Notes: generated by a model from the sequence alone, not told the origin. Shown: positions 14,205 through 27,301, counted from the first letter of the stretch. The stretch is DNA of 64,000 bases from Octopus vulgaris (GCA_951406725.2 OX597826.1:620001-684000), one strand, 5' to 3'. Program-made: numbers and translations.

Positions 14205-17097
14205 ATGCCGGATCCTAGGTCCTACCTCCTCACCCTCCATCACCGTTTGAAGGATCATCTCCGTTCTCTTCCTGTATATTGCCTTCAGCCGTCCGTTAAT
14301 CTCTCTCTACTTCTTTTTAAAAAACCCGCTTCTCTAGCCATGTCTCTTTCCTAAGCCGCTGCCTACATCACCAACTCATCCCTAAAGGTTTCCGCCTCCA
14401 CTTCCACCCTGCTCTTCACTCGGATTCTTCCATCTTACCCATACTCCGCACCACATCTTACCGCCTTATGCGGGCCACCATTCGCTCCAATCTCTCTAAA
14501 CTACATGCCATCAACCGCCTTCTTCCTCCTGCTTTCTCCACCTTCTTCTCCTCTCTGCCGCCTCTCTATGCTCCAAACACGCTACGCTTCATTATCCATT
14601 TGAATCAACTCTTCCATCAATTTCTTTCTGATACCAATCTTCGTAAACTCCAATCACTCTTCCATTCCACCCTACCCGACGCCACTACCCCAACTCCTCC
14701 ACCACCCTTCTCCACTCTCGATAGGCTCCATCCACCCACACCTAACCCCACTGCCCCTCCCTACAACCCCTTCTCCCCTCCCGATAGGCTCCATCCACCT
14801 ACACCTAACCCTACTGCCCCGCTCAACCACCCCCCACACACCTCCCCAATCCCTCCCCCTCAGACCTCCACGAGACCTACCACCCCTCCTACTTCTATTC
14901 CACCCACCCCTTCTCCACTTCCGTCTGTTGTTACCATTCCCCCCGATCTTCCCCTATCTGCAGCTGAACGCTCCGTCCTTGGTAGGGGTCTGCGTTTCAT
15001 CCCCCTCACTCCATCCTGTAAGGAATTCCAGACGCGAGTTGATGTCCACAGCTTTGTGCGCCGTGTCCGGTTGGGTGCGCATTACCACGACTCGCCACCC
15101 ACACCCAACGAAGAGGACTGCTTCACTGGCCTGGGCCGCCGACCATCCCCGTGGACGCCTGCCCCTGGCCAGATCCTAGCAGTGGATCTTTTCGCGGGCG
15201 CTTGTCAGCGTGCATTGGAGCGGTTCAACTTCTCCAGGCGCCAACGCCGCCTCAACATCTCTCCGGCTGAGCTCTTGGCTCTTCGTTCCCTCCAACGGCG
15301 CGCTGACATTATCATCAAACCGGCTGACAAGGGTGGAGCTGTAGTGGTGTGGCGCGCGGACCTCTATAGGGCCGAGGCTTTTCGCCAACTCAATGACACC
15401 TCCTTCTATTCCCCTCTGCCCTCTAACCCCACACGTAGCTACCAACAGACGGTATCCTCTACTGTCCGCGACCTCATCTCCCCCGCACCGCATCCAACCT
15501 AATTGTGCGAACACCACATACCCCCACCATTTACTTCCTCCCCAAAATCCACAAACCCAACAACCCTGGCCGCCCCATCGTCTCCGCCTGTAACTGCCCC
15601 ACGGAGCTCATCTCTAAATACCTCGACCGTGTCCTTGCCCCCCTAGTGGCATCTCTTCCCTCCCACATCCACGATACCAACCATGCTCTCCGGCTTTTCA
15701 ACTCTTTCTCCTTTCCTCCCGGCTCCTCCAAAATCCTTTTTACTATGGACATCCAAAGCCTCTATACTGTTATCCCTCACCACGAAGGACTGCAGGCCCT
15801 TCGACACTTTCTTGACCTCCGCTCTAACCCTGTACCTGACACCTCTACACTCATTCGTCTGGCCGAACTTGTCCTTACTCTGAACTGCTTCTCGTTCGCG
15901 GGCGAGTTCTACCATCAGGTCCCGGGAGTGGCCATGGGAACGCGAATGGGCCCCAACTATGCGAACCTGTTCGTTGGCTATGTTGAGGCCCAAATATTCT
16001 CTAATTTCACTGGTCCCACTCCTGAACTATATGGTCGTTACATTGACGACATTATCGGTGCCACCTCACTCTCCCGTGAACATCTAGATACCTTCCTCTC
16101 TTTCGTCCAATCTTTCCATCCAGCCCTCCACTTCACTTCCACTATCTCCAACACCTCTGTCTCCTTCCTCGACATTTCGGTTAGCATTCTTCACTCCACT
16201 CTTACCACCTCCATTCACTACAAACACACAGACTCACACTCATACCTCAACTTCTCTTCCTCCCACCCAGAACACACCAAGCTTTCCATCCCCTATTCCT
16301 AATTCCTCCGTCTACGTAGGCTCTGTAGTGACGACCATGACTTTGAGACTCAGTCTCAACGTATGGCTCACCACTTCACCCTACGTGGATAGCCCCTCAC
16401 CACTATCCACACCGCCCTTGCCAGAGCACGGTCCGGGGACGGGGTATCTGCTCTCTCTCCCCGAACCCGCCCTGTAGTCTCCCGCCTCCCTTTTCCCCTC
16501 ACTTACCACCCCACGACCCTACGTCTCCAACGCACCATTCTTCGAGCTTTCCGTCATCTCCAGTCTGACCCGTCCACTTCACACCTCTTCCCCAACCGAC
16601 CCCTCCCCTCTTTCAAACGAGCCCACAACCTTCGAGACCTTTTGGTCCATAGCTCCTTCCCTGACCCTACCTCCCAACCCGGCTCGTTCCCCTGCTCCCG
16701 CCCACGTTGCCGCACTTGCCCTTACCTCTCCAACACCACTCGCCTCACTAGCACCCACCATCGACCCTATCCCATCATCCACTCCTTCACCTGCACCTCC
16801 AGCAATATTATCTATTGCGTCTCTTGCTCTCTCTGCAATTCCTTGTACATCGGACAAACGGGACGCCGCTTGGCTGACCGGTTCGCGGAACACCTTCGTG
16901 ACATCCACCTTGCGAACGACACACCGGTCTCACGCCATTTCCGCTCCACCGGTCACTCCTTGCAACACCTATCTGTGTTCGGTTTGTCCTTACACAGAGG
17001 CCATCCGGATTCCCGTTTGCGCCGTGAACAGGAATTAATCTTCTCTCTTCGCTCTTATACGCCATTTGGTCTCAACTCTCCCCCCCTCCTCATCTAA
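14205..17097 (+). pseudogene. PLE RT-GIY-YIG polyprotein with frameshifts (~14320, ~15482) and nonsense codons (16300 TAA, ~16390 TAG)
   Basis: H..FL..C..LIPKG; PADKGGAVV; YFLPKIHK..PGRPIVS; MDIQSLYT; GVAMGTRMGP; RYIDD; FLD; CSRPRCRTC; IYC..C..C..YIGQTGR..RFAEH..H..H..REQELI..GLN. Confidence 0.93.
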
Positions 17098-17888
17098 CCC
17101 CCCTCTCCCCCCTCCTCACCTATCCTTCTCCCTCGACCCCTACTTCTTCAGTCCTTCATCCTTTCACCCCTACTCCCCTTCCCTTCTTCCCTCTTTCTCC
17201 CTCCCTCTTCCCTCTTCCCTCTGCTCCCTCACTCCCCTTCTCTCTCCCCCTCCCGCTCTTTCCTCCTTCCTCCCCCTCCTCCTCCCCTTCCTTCTCCTCC
17301 TCCCCTTCCTTCTCCTCCTCCCCTTCCTTCTCCCCCTCCTCTCTCTTCCTCCTCCTCTCCTCTTCCCCCTCCCCTCCCCCTCCCCTTCCCCTCCCCTTCT
17401 CCCCCTCTTCTCCCCCTCCCCCTCTTCTCCCCCTCCCCCTCTTCTCCTCACTACACCACACGACTTTACACATCACATCATATATGATGTGCCATACTAA
17501 TACATACACCAACTAATACATACTAATACGTACTAATACATACTAATACATACTAATACATACACCAACCCTATACATACACACGTCCAGACCCCTCATA
17601 CGCACTTATACTCTCTCATACACACACACACACACTTATACATACTAATACGTACTAATACATACTAATACATACTAATACATACACCAACCCCATACAT
17701 ACGCCTGTCCAGACCTATCCTAGGGTCATTCAACCCTATTATCAACCCTATTATCTCCCCTTATTTCGCATTCGCGTCTCATGTTTGATCTTTGACCTCT
17801 GGCCGAAATCAGATCGCCATGTTGATTCGTTAGTTACTGCACGCATTTTTTTCTCTCCTTCTTTCTGTGTTTTTTTTCTCTCTGTGTA

Positions 17889-17926
17889 TCTTTCTGTTGA
17901 AGAGCGTAGGCTCGAAACGTTAAAGA
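17889..17926 (+). ncRNA. Minimal hammerhead-like motif in 3' pLTR, variant CUGUUGA core
   Basis: tcttt-CTGTTGA-a-gagc-gtag-gctc-GAAAC-GTT-aaaga; all three stems pair. Confidence 0.65.
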
Positions 17927-18023
17927 CTTGTTTTATTTATATTTCCTGAGCGCCATACTAATACAATTGTTTGTTTGTTTTCCACCTGCCTTCGTCTTTT
18001 GTCTATTTTCATAAAGCTTCCCG

Positions 18024-18070
<47 letters not shown>

Positions 18071-18074
18071 AATA

Positions 18075-18282
18075 TATCTTTTGTCTTTGGTTTCAGTCAT
18101 TTTTTACTGCGACCATGCTGGGGCACCACCTTCAAGGTTTTTAGTCGAACGAATCGACTCTATGACTTGAATTTCTTAAAGTATGATACTTATTCTGTCA
18201 GTTTCTTAGGCCGAACCGCTTAGTTATGAAGACGTACACACACCAACACCGGTTGTCAAGCGGTGGTTAGGTACAAACACAG

Positions 18283-18300
<18 letters not shown>
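18075..18300 (-). mobile_element. SINE family A tail half (head half at 21045-21208)
   Basis: gtttcagtcat..ccatgctggggcaccacc..ccaacaccggttgtcaagcgg; stops at the central (CA)(TA)n. Confidence 0.8.
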
Positions 18301-18363
<63 letters not shown>

Positions 18364-18380
18364 TGTTTACATATATATGT

Positions 18381-18419
<39 letters not shown>

Positions 18420-18529
18420 TTGTATAACTACATGAATAATATTTTTCTATATGAATAATATTTTTGTCTTATGACTAATTCGTCTTTTGTGCTGGGCACC
18501 TGGTAGTAAATAATATTACTACCCTTCTT

Positions 18530-18574
<45 letters not shown>

Positions 18575-18575
<1 letters not shown>

Positions 18576-20165
18576 TAATACAATGCCAGCATGGAACATA
18601 GACGTTAAGTGAAATGTTAAAAGAAAGTTTATATGTATATAAAGTAAATACATGTAATTCAAAAACACGCTTTGTCAACCTTATTTCGTAACCAAAAAAA
18701 AAATAGATACAGATTATAAACAATGGAAGACCAATTTTGATGATTCATTTGACAGAGGTAGTATAGAGCCAATCCAATGATAAATCTGACCTTGGATTTT
18801 GAAAGTTTGCATGAATCCTGGCTCAGTTAAATCTCTTGCGGCACCAAATGATGTCATCTGTAGTGAAGTATTGTATTGTCTAATTTTGTTTTGGAAGTGC
18901 TTGGAATCTTGGTCAGTTGATGACAACAGTTTCTTCAATGGCTCTAGAGGTTGGGGGATTGCAAGGTATTTAACCTTTCCACCACTGCAGCACAGTGCAG
19001 GTGTCTCTCCAGGCCGCTTCCTTGCTTTACAATATGTGCACTTAGTTGTCATTGCACCAATGCAAACTCTAGTGTCATCTGCAAAATGGAAAGCTGGATC
19101 ATAATTGAAAGCTGCTTCATAGAAGTTGCTTTTCTGAGCTGTTGCAACTGCTCTTCGTTCTGCAGTGGAGATCCTATTCCTTGTCAACTGTGCATAACTC
19201 TGTTCGTCACTTTGAGATGCTCTGGCTTTTTCGTAGTGCACAGTCTGTTCGTTTCTTGGTATGCTTCCCTTTCTGCAGCTGACTCTCTTTCCCTGGACAG
19301 AGACATTCTTTTGGCTGATCTTGACATTCTAGACAAATTTGATACTTTCCTTCTAGGCATGGTTATATGCATATACAGAAATATACGGGTGCAGAAGATA
19401 GTAAACAGTGAAAATAACTGCGTAACGGAAATTATATTTCTTAATACGAAGGCAGAAAGGAAATAAGAAATTTTTACGGGAAATAAAGAATTGTACGGGT
19501 TGAAGCGAAATTTGTTATTTAGTGAACTAAAGAGCCAGTATCGAAGAAACCAGAAAAAAGCCGTTAACAACAGAAAAGCACAAAATCGTTGCAAGTGTAA
19601 TTTTTAAGGGAATTAAAAAAGTGTATGGATTTAAGTTAAATTTTTGAATTTAATCTTGTCAGTAAATTATGTATGAAATTACTTTCATCAGTAATTGTGA
19701 ACTTTTTCTGTCAGTAAATTGTCGTTGTTGTTTGTAAATAGCAATTGAACTTAGAGTGAAAACAATAGCGTCTGAAAAACTAAAGTGAAAACAATAGAGA
19801 GTGAGTGAGATATAGTGAGGGGGAGACGGAGTTAGCTAGTTAGACCGGAAGTAAATATTTTTAAAAACTTTGAAAGACGTGAATCTAATATAAAAAGCAA
19901 TATTTTTTATGACCAATGGATGTAAGGGAGACAATGAATTGCTGAAAGGTACTTCGCAAAGAATTATCCCCTTCTCCACGTAATCCAGGAACAGGTGTTT
20001 CTCTCCCCAGGAGGACTGTTACTCATTATCTGAAAGATTTTAAGAGTCTAAAACCATCCCTGGAACATAAGTAATGTATGTTCCCACTCTGGAGAAAATC
20101 AGTTGCAAAATATGGCCGTTATGATCTTTTACACACACACACACAGAACGAGATTCCTATTATAT
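18575..20165 (-). mobile_element. Internally deleted Helitron with Rep N-terminal coding remnant
   Basis: ORF 18714-19241: IGAMTTKCTYCKA..ET..CCSGGKV..SKHF..IRQYN..MTSFGA..FKIQGQIYH.IGS.LP, typical of the Helitron RepHel N-terminus; 5' end with (TG)n near 20130-20165. Confidence 0.85.
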
Positions 20166-20166
20166 A

Positions 20167-20836
20167 TCTATATATATAAAACTGTAGTTGTGTGAGTGTC
20201 TGTCCCCTTCGATTTAGATTCCTAACTACTCCCACATTTTGCGGTGCAGTTTAACCAAATTCGGGTATCTTATAGTCGTGATTCATATCGAGCCCGTCTG
20301 AGTATTAGCGCGCGTCTACGATGAGTCTACGATTTTAAAAATAATTTAACATCATTTTTTATTCCATTTTAATGCACATTTTTTCGTGTGTCGATGGCGG
20401 CGGAGTTGGCGTCCATGGTCACACCTGCACCTGTCTTGCTTCTCCTCTTTCTTCCTTCCCTCGTGAAGCTGTGGGGAAGGGAGTGTAAGGAAATCAACGT
20501 CGTAAAGCATTGTCAAGGAGACCAGCGTTCTTTTAGAACAACGACTTCATGGCTTGAAGACACCAAAACAGAAATGGCTAAGAAAGCGTCTACGATGAGT
20601 CTACGATTTTAAAAAAAATTTACCATCATTTTTTCCATTTTAATGCATTTTTCGCAATTATATAAGGGAAGTAACTCTCTAAAAATGTCTACGATGAGTC
20701 AACGATTAAAAAAAAATGACCATCATTTTTTATTCCATTTTTAATGCATTTTTTTGCTAATTTTTTTGCTATAACTAAAAATGCTTATATAGTTATTTCC
20801 CTTACAAACCCGAGCAACGCCGGGCGATACTGCTAG
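20167..20836 (+). mobile_element. Complete non-autonomous Helitron
   Basis: A|TC 5' end, subterminal hairpin cccg..cggg (20809-20824), CTAG|T 3' end; three internal gtctacgatgagtc..catcatttt..ccattttaatgca repeats. Confidence 0.88.
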
Positions 20837-21012
20837 TATATATATATATATATATATGATACATATACACACATACACACACACATATATATATGTGTAT
20901 ATAGATATATAGATATATATACATATACATATATATATAAATACATACATACATATACATATATATATAAATACATACATATGTATATATATATATATAT
21001 ATATGATATTAT

Positions 21013-21044
<32 letters not shown>

Positions 21045-21046
<2 letters not shown>

Positions 21047-21208
21047 CGACGGGCTTCTTTCAGTTTCCGTCTACCAAATCCACTAACAAGGGTTTGGTCG
21101 GCCCGGAATTGTAGTAAAAGACACCTACCCAAGGTGCCACATAGTGGAACTGCACCGGGGACCATGTGGTTGAGAAGCATGCTTCTTATTGCACAATCAC
21201 GCTGTGCC
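21045..21208 (-). mobile_element. SINE family A head half
   Basis: tacgacgggcttctttcagtttccgtctaccaaatccact..accatgtggttg..gcct. Confidence 0.85.
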
Positions 21209-21271
21209 TATATATACATACATATATATATTTATATACACATTCACGCGCATATATACAGACACACCACA

Positions 21272-21318
<47 letters not shown>

Positions 21319-21334
21319 CATATATATCGTATAT

Positions 21335-21649
21335 CTTTTACCCGTTTCAGTCATTAGTTTACAGTCGCGCTGGGACACGGCCTTGAAGAATTTTAGCAGA
21401 ACGGATGAACCTCAGTCCTTATTTGTTTTTATTTTCTTTAGCTTGGCATTTATTCTTGCATTCTCTTTTGCCTGACCGATAAATTACGAAGGACGTAAAC
21501 ACACCAGCAACGAACGTCAAGTGGTAATGGTGTGGATTCACAGGGCTTTAGTCGACCCGAGGCTATAGTAGAAGACACTTCCCCAAGTAGCCACGCAGTA
21601 AGACTGAACTTGGAACCATGTGGTTGGGAAGCAAACTTCTTACCACGCT

Positions 21650-21650
<1 letters not shown>
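21335..21650 (-). mobile_element. SINE family A, diverged, internally deleted
   Basis: Both halves recognisable; followed by (CA)n 21656-21805. Confidence 0.75.
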
Positions 21651-21686
<36 letters not shown>

Positions 21687-21687
21687 T

Positions 21688-21771
<84 letters not shown>

Positions 21772-22137
21772 CACACGCACACACACACACACACACAACA
21801 CAACACAGCACGATCCAGGACTATGACAGAAAATACTTGTTCACAAGCTCCGCGCTGAACACAACGGGACCCTGTTATTTACTCACGGAGTAGAAAAGTG
21901 GGGACAGAACGATAGGACGAAAAGGAGGTTCGCGACTCTGTAAAGAAAATACAAATAATACTGTGTTGTTTTTTTGAAGTATAGTAGTGAAGATTATAAG
22001 AGTATTCTATTGGAAATAAATCTGTATAACAGACTGAACCAAAACTATTTTCTATAAGTCTATGTTACAACACCGTGGGAAATTTGATTGGCGGCTGTTG
22101 GTGCTACAACCTACAATTGCTTTGGGAGAAAGAAAAA

Positions 22138-22217
<80 letters not shown>

Positions 22218-22418
22218 GAGTATTCAGAAATAAAAGTGAGGGTGAGGTTTCCCTTTAAGTGGAGAAAACCACTCCAGAGTTTTTTGGGGTTTTTTAATGT
22301 TACAACCATCATGAAAAGAAAAAGAGAAAATTGTTAGCGCTTATGATAACTGGTGAAGTAACGCAAGAATGACAAGTGCAATTTTAAAAAGTTAATAGTA
22401 ATTGTATAAATTTAAAAG

Positions 22419-22576
22419 CAGGCGCCTCCGTGGCTAAAATTTTGCGCCCAACCACATGGTTTCAAGTTCAGTCCCACAGTGTGCCAGTTAGGCAAGTGTC
22501 TTCTACTATAACATTGTCCTGGCCAAAGTCTGGTGAGTGGATTTGGTAGACAGGCTGGCAATTTAAACTGGTCGTG
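22419..22576 (+). mobile_element. SINE family A head
   Basis: aggcgc..caaccacatggtttcaagttcagtccca..ggcaagtgtcttctactata..gtgagtggatttggtagac. Confidence 0.75.
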
Positions 22577-22665
22577 TGCATACGCGCATATATATGCATG
22601 TATACGTTCGTATATGTAAGTATTCGTATGTTATATATATATATTTGTATTTATGTGTTGTGTAT

Positions 22666-22723
22666 ATTCCACTGATGAGGCAAAGCATTTCTTATGCAAA
22701 GTCAGAAATCCGGGATCTAGAAT
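22666..22723 (+). ncRNA. Slightly degenerate hammerhead in a probable solo pLTR (~22650-22950)
   Basis: attcca-CTGATGA-ggc..gcat/atgc..gtc-a-GAAA-tccggg-ATC-tagaat; near-palindromic stem III. Confidence 0.5.
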
Positions 22724-23723
22724 TATCTAGTATTTTTTTGCTAGTCTATTTTGTCTCTTTGTCTTCTCTCCTGGTGCTGTATGAACATTTAATGTGGTTT
22801 TAAAGTCAAGTTTTGACAACAAATTTCCAGCGTGGTGGTATCTCTTAGATACCCTAAATTATAATTTTAATAGTAATTATTACCTTTGAAGATTTTTATT
22901 CCATGCTGGCCACTTGATAAGATCGATATTTAAATAACGATCTTAGCCTTATATAAATTTATATATACATGCATACATATATAGCAAATAAGTTGGTAAT
23001 AATAATTCTTTCTGCTCTATAAGAACAAGGTCGAAAATTTTGGGAGAAGGAAGCCAGTCGATAACAGTGATGGGCTGGTACATATTTCCTCGATCCCGAA
23101 AGGGTGAAAGACAAAGTCGGCCTCGGAAAGTTTTCAACTTAGGACTTAGCTGAATACAGCTCCGACCAAAGACCGGAATCAATGTTATTCTGCGACCTCG
23201 GTCTACAGTCCTCGAAATACGTTGATTGCGTTAAGTATAATTCTCAGTTTTTATGAAGTGCAAATTCTCCATTTCTCTTTCTGTGTCTCCGTGTGCCTGT
23301 TTCACTAAATAGATGTAATGCGATACGAAAAATTATAGAATTTCATTCCCATAGAAGATAACAGTCTTTCGATAACAAAAAAAAAGAAGAAAAAAAACAA
23401 AGAAAGTGAGACCGATATAACTATTGGTGACAACATGATTCGCTAAAACCCTTGAAAGCTATGCTCTAGCATGACTACTGCCCAATGGCACTAACACTAG
23501 TAAAAATAATTATTATTTTATTAACAACACGAAACCACTCAGTTCAAGTATTTAAAAATACTTGAACTCATTTGTTACTCTATTACGCACGTGATTTTTA
23601 AAGCCGGTACTCAACTATGATATTAATGCAGGTTGCATCCCTGGGAAAATTTCTAACATCACAATTATAGAGTGTTTAATGTGAAATTTTTTACAATGAA
23701 AACCGTGATCGTTTTGTCATTCT

Positions 23724-23762
23724 AATGTCTGACGAGGTCTAATAACAACCGAAACGTATTCC
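23724..23762 (+). ncRNA. Degenerate hammerhead core
   Basis: CTGACGA-ggt..acc-GAAAC-GTA; stem I does not pair convincingly. Confidence 0.35.
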
Positions 23763-24081
23763 AAGTTGTCTCTGTACTTACCGACGACCAGATTCACTCC
23801 ACACCACATACACATTTTTCTTTTATTTGTTTATTTGTTTCAGTCATTAAACTGCGGCCCCTGCTGGGGCACCATCTTGAAGACTTCTAATCGAACGAAT
23901 TGACTGTGCTTATGTTTTGAAGTCTGGGACTTATTCTATCAGTCTGTTTTACTGATCTGCTACGTTTTGGGGACGTAAACACACCAATACCGGTTGCCAA
24001 GGGCTGAAACATGTAAAAGAATAAAAGAATAAATAAGTGTTTATAGACTGACAAATTATTCACTTATCGTAAGGAGTAAAT

Positions 24082-24430
24082 CATTGGATCTCAACCATTT
24101 TTTGCCTATGACCCCTTTGACTACTGTTTTACTCTCTGAGCCCCTATAGCCGACCGATGTTTCAAATCTAGTTTCAGAGATATTTCTTTCGAAATTCCTT
24201 TTCTTTCTTTTTCACACATTCGTTTGTGTAGGATGGATTATTTAAAAATGTAAAATTTTCGAGAAAGAAATCTAGCTGATACTTGCAATAAATACATCTG
24301 AAGCAAACGTTTTTTTCACAGAGCCTTCACATACTACTGTGGGTCTCCAATTTAATATTTTGCTTGCGTAGACCCCTAAAAATCTTACATGGGCCCCAGG
24401 AGTCTTATAAACTTCGATTGAGAACCACTG
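24082..24430 (-). mobile_element. hAT-type MITE (family also at 26998, 35239, 59842)
   Basis: cattggatctcaacc / gattgagaaccactg TIRs; 8-bp TSD gagtaaat/gagtaaag. Confidence 0.85.
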
Positions 24431-24530
24431 GAGTAAAGGAAATCTGACGTTTCGTTCTTTTGCCCGAAAACTTGTTGAACTGGTAATGAACATCAAAAAT
24501 AACGCTTTCAATACATTTCTAAGAACATTG

Positions 24531-24582
<52 letters not shown>

Positions 24583-24602
24583 TTATTTATTTATTTACAT
24601 AC

Positions 24603-24695
<93 letters not shown>

Positions 24696-26172
24696 AAAAG
24701 GTAATTTCTTACCTACCTTCAAAAAGGTTTAATCTGAGATATTAGATTCTATTCCAGGAAATCTTTTTTTTAACACTGGGTACTATATTTCATTTTATTC
24801 TGTCAGTAATATAACATCGATAAGGCAGTGAGTCGTTAGCATGCCGGACGGAATGCTTTAACTCATTTTGTCCGTTTTTACTTTCCGATTACAAATTCCA
24901 CGAAGGTCGATTCTGCCTTTCATCCTTTCAGGATCAATATAATCCACTTATCCACTTCCCCGAAATTTCTGGCCTTGTGCTAAAATCTGAAATTTGAAAC
25001 CAACCATATAACATAGATTATTCTAAGAGTATCGTGACAACGGATACATATGCTATGTATGACTTTAAACTGTGTCCGGTTGTGGAGCCCTGGTTCGGAA
25101 GTTCTAGTGTTTTGAAGAGTGTGGAACAACCACTTAGCCACTAATTTTCCCAGCTTACTCTACCGTCCAAGAATTTGGACCTGGAGATCTCCATTTCCAG
25201 CGACTTCAAGGGTCATCTCCCAGTGGTGTCGGGCGTTAACGAAGAGCCCTCAACTACAACAAGACGACCAAAGTTTTTTTTCCATGGTCTGGGGTCTCCC
25301 GACCCTAAGTCCTAGACCATCACCTAATCACCCTTACCCGTCTTGTTGTTTAACAACAACAACAACCAGCGTAATCTGACCCGGAGTAGTAAAACTTGCC
25401 AGAGTTCCACCTATGTGTTAATTGGCACGTCGCGGAATTGCCTCTGGAAGATGGTTATTCACAGACATCCAAGCGGATCCAGAACAGGTAAGGCCTTTCA
25501 GCTCTTTGGCTGCTCTTCTAAGAAAAGATAGCTATTATCAGTGTTCCTTGCCACCACAATCCAAGAAGTAATTTTGATAACACCATTTCAATCACAGATG
25601 ACCTACAGTTATTGCTCAATAAAACCGCTGTTTGAAAGTTGATTTCCGAATTGTTAAGTGATGTTATCCATACGAAAGGTAACTCCATACAACTCCAGCA
25701 TCCTGACAACTACAGGGCTCGTGACACTTTTTGCACCTGACCAATATAATTTTAAAGGAGCAAATTGTGGAACTGGCTCTGCATAAATAATGCCCACTAC
25801 AATAATAGTCATTGTGCAGGGTTGTTCAGCAAACCAAGACAGTAACACCAAGCTGTGTCTTGTTGAACTCTCATTCGTTGAACCGACATGGAAGTTCAAC
25901 AAAACAACGGTAACCTGATGTATGTATGTATGTATGTATGTATGTATGTATTCAGGGCAGTGAATTGGCTCAATTTGTTGACAGTCTGACAATATAATTT
26001 ACAAATCTTTACCTTGTGAGTTCAAATACCGCCGAGGAAATTGTCTTCGCTTTTGATCCTTCTGGTGTCGATTATTCCGGAAAGAATTCATTTGGATTTA
26101 TCAATCGTTTATAGATACCTCTGGTCAGCGAAAGATCAAGCAAATAATTCTACTAACTTTCAGCAATTTATA

Positions 26173-26278
26173 CAGAGTGATTCAAAAGTCACTATACATA
26201 GGAAAATTTATTTTTTTATAAGAAACAGTTAAATAAAAAAAAATTGTTCTTATGTATGGTGACTTTTGAATCACCCTG
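26173..26278. mobile_element. Tc1/mariner-type MITE, ~106 bp
   Basis: cagagtgattcaaaagtcactatacata / tatgtatggtgacttttgaatcaccctg TIRs, TA TSD. Confidence 0.9.
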
Positions 26279-26469
26279 TACGTAAATAAATGGCAATAGC
26301 AATGCGTATTTAGACGAGTGCAGCAGTAAGCGTATGTGGAAAGCTCAATGAGAGTTGATTCTAAGATCCTAGGTTCGATTTCCACCAATGCACTTCGTGA
26401 AAATTTCATTGATACTTAAATGGGCGAATCACAAATTTTTGATCATGAAAAATAAAACAAAACTGATAG

Positions 26470-26850
26470 TGTTGTTGTTGTTGCTTAGATTCAGATGAGT
26501 TGCCATCAAACAGACATTCCAGCAATGTTTAACATGCCCTTCCAAGTACGGCGTGGCTTACGGGAAATTTCATTGCTATTTCTTGCAGTTGGAACGACCA
26601 TGTAGAGACCCCTACGTTGACGCTGCTGCTGCAGCGGCTTTTGTTATTGTTGACTAGGTTCCAGTTCACCTCTGGAAAAACAGACCTACGATCAAAGACA
26701 TCCTAATAATGACCTTCCCACCTTTTTATTTATTTATCTATTTATTTGTCCTAAGGGTAGCGCATACATGACCACAATATCCTGAGAGCCCTTCTTTTCC
26801 TAAGTCTTTTCCTAAGCCACTGCTATTTCTAAAACATTAAACGACCAAAT
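26470..26850. repeat. Two tandem copies of a dispersed (GTT)n-tailed repeat family (related pieces ~6110-6250, 12975-13100, 36360-36510, 37380-37540, 58990-59150)
   Basis: Shared cagacct..atcaaag.cattc and gctattt.tagcag motifs. Confidence 0.55.
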
Positions 26851-27082
26851 AAACAGCCTTTTTCTTCATTGTCTCGTGATTCACCATTGTTTTATTCGTG
26901 AAACTGATTCTAACGTTTAGCTTTATTTCTCCAATAAAAACAATCGTAAATTTACTCTCAGCCACCCTTTAGAGGGAACCCATATGTTTGTTTAAATCCA
27001 TACAAACCCTGGGGGCCATAGAAGATTCTTGAGGTTCAACAAAAGAAACAAAGTAAATTGGGTCTATTTTAAGGGTCTAGGA

Positions 27083-27301
27083 CAGTGCTTTTAAAACTTT
27101 TTGCTGGAGCGGAACCCTAAGGAAACATTCCACTGGTTCGAGGAACCCCTGTGCAATAATTTAATAATCTTATGCACACACGTCTGCACAGGAGAAATAA
27201 AAATTACTGCCGATTTTAGCAGTTTTGTAACTTCTTGCGGAACCCCTGGTCTGTACTGGCAGAACCCTAAGGTTCCGCGGAACCCTGGTTGAAAACCACT
27301 G
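27083..27301. mobile_element. hAT-Charlie-like MITE
   Basis: cagtgcttttaaaac / gttgaaaaccactg TIRs; 8-bp TSD gtctagga/gtctagaa (NTCTAGAN-type). Confidence 0.88.

Larger units (their letters stand above)
13784..18025 (+). mobile_element. Near full-length Penelope-like element (Neptune-type), C-rich, flanked by (TA)n on both sides
   Basis: RT plus Cys linker plus GIY-YIG ORF, polypyrimidine 3' UTR, terminal pLTR with hammerhead; (TA)n at 13738-13783 and 18025-18066. Confidence 0.9.

Noticed and set aside
16300-16392. In-frame TAA and TAG in the Neptune ORF as possible recoding or selenocysteine read-through
   Set aside because: They are single-base changes from CAA (Gln) and TAC (Tyr), not UGA, and the copy also has frameshifts; ordinary decay
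20313-20750. Three spaced repeats resembling a CRISPR-like array
   Set aside because: Irregular spacing, eukaryotic context, lies inside a Helitron; internal subrepeats
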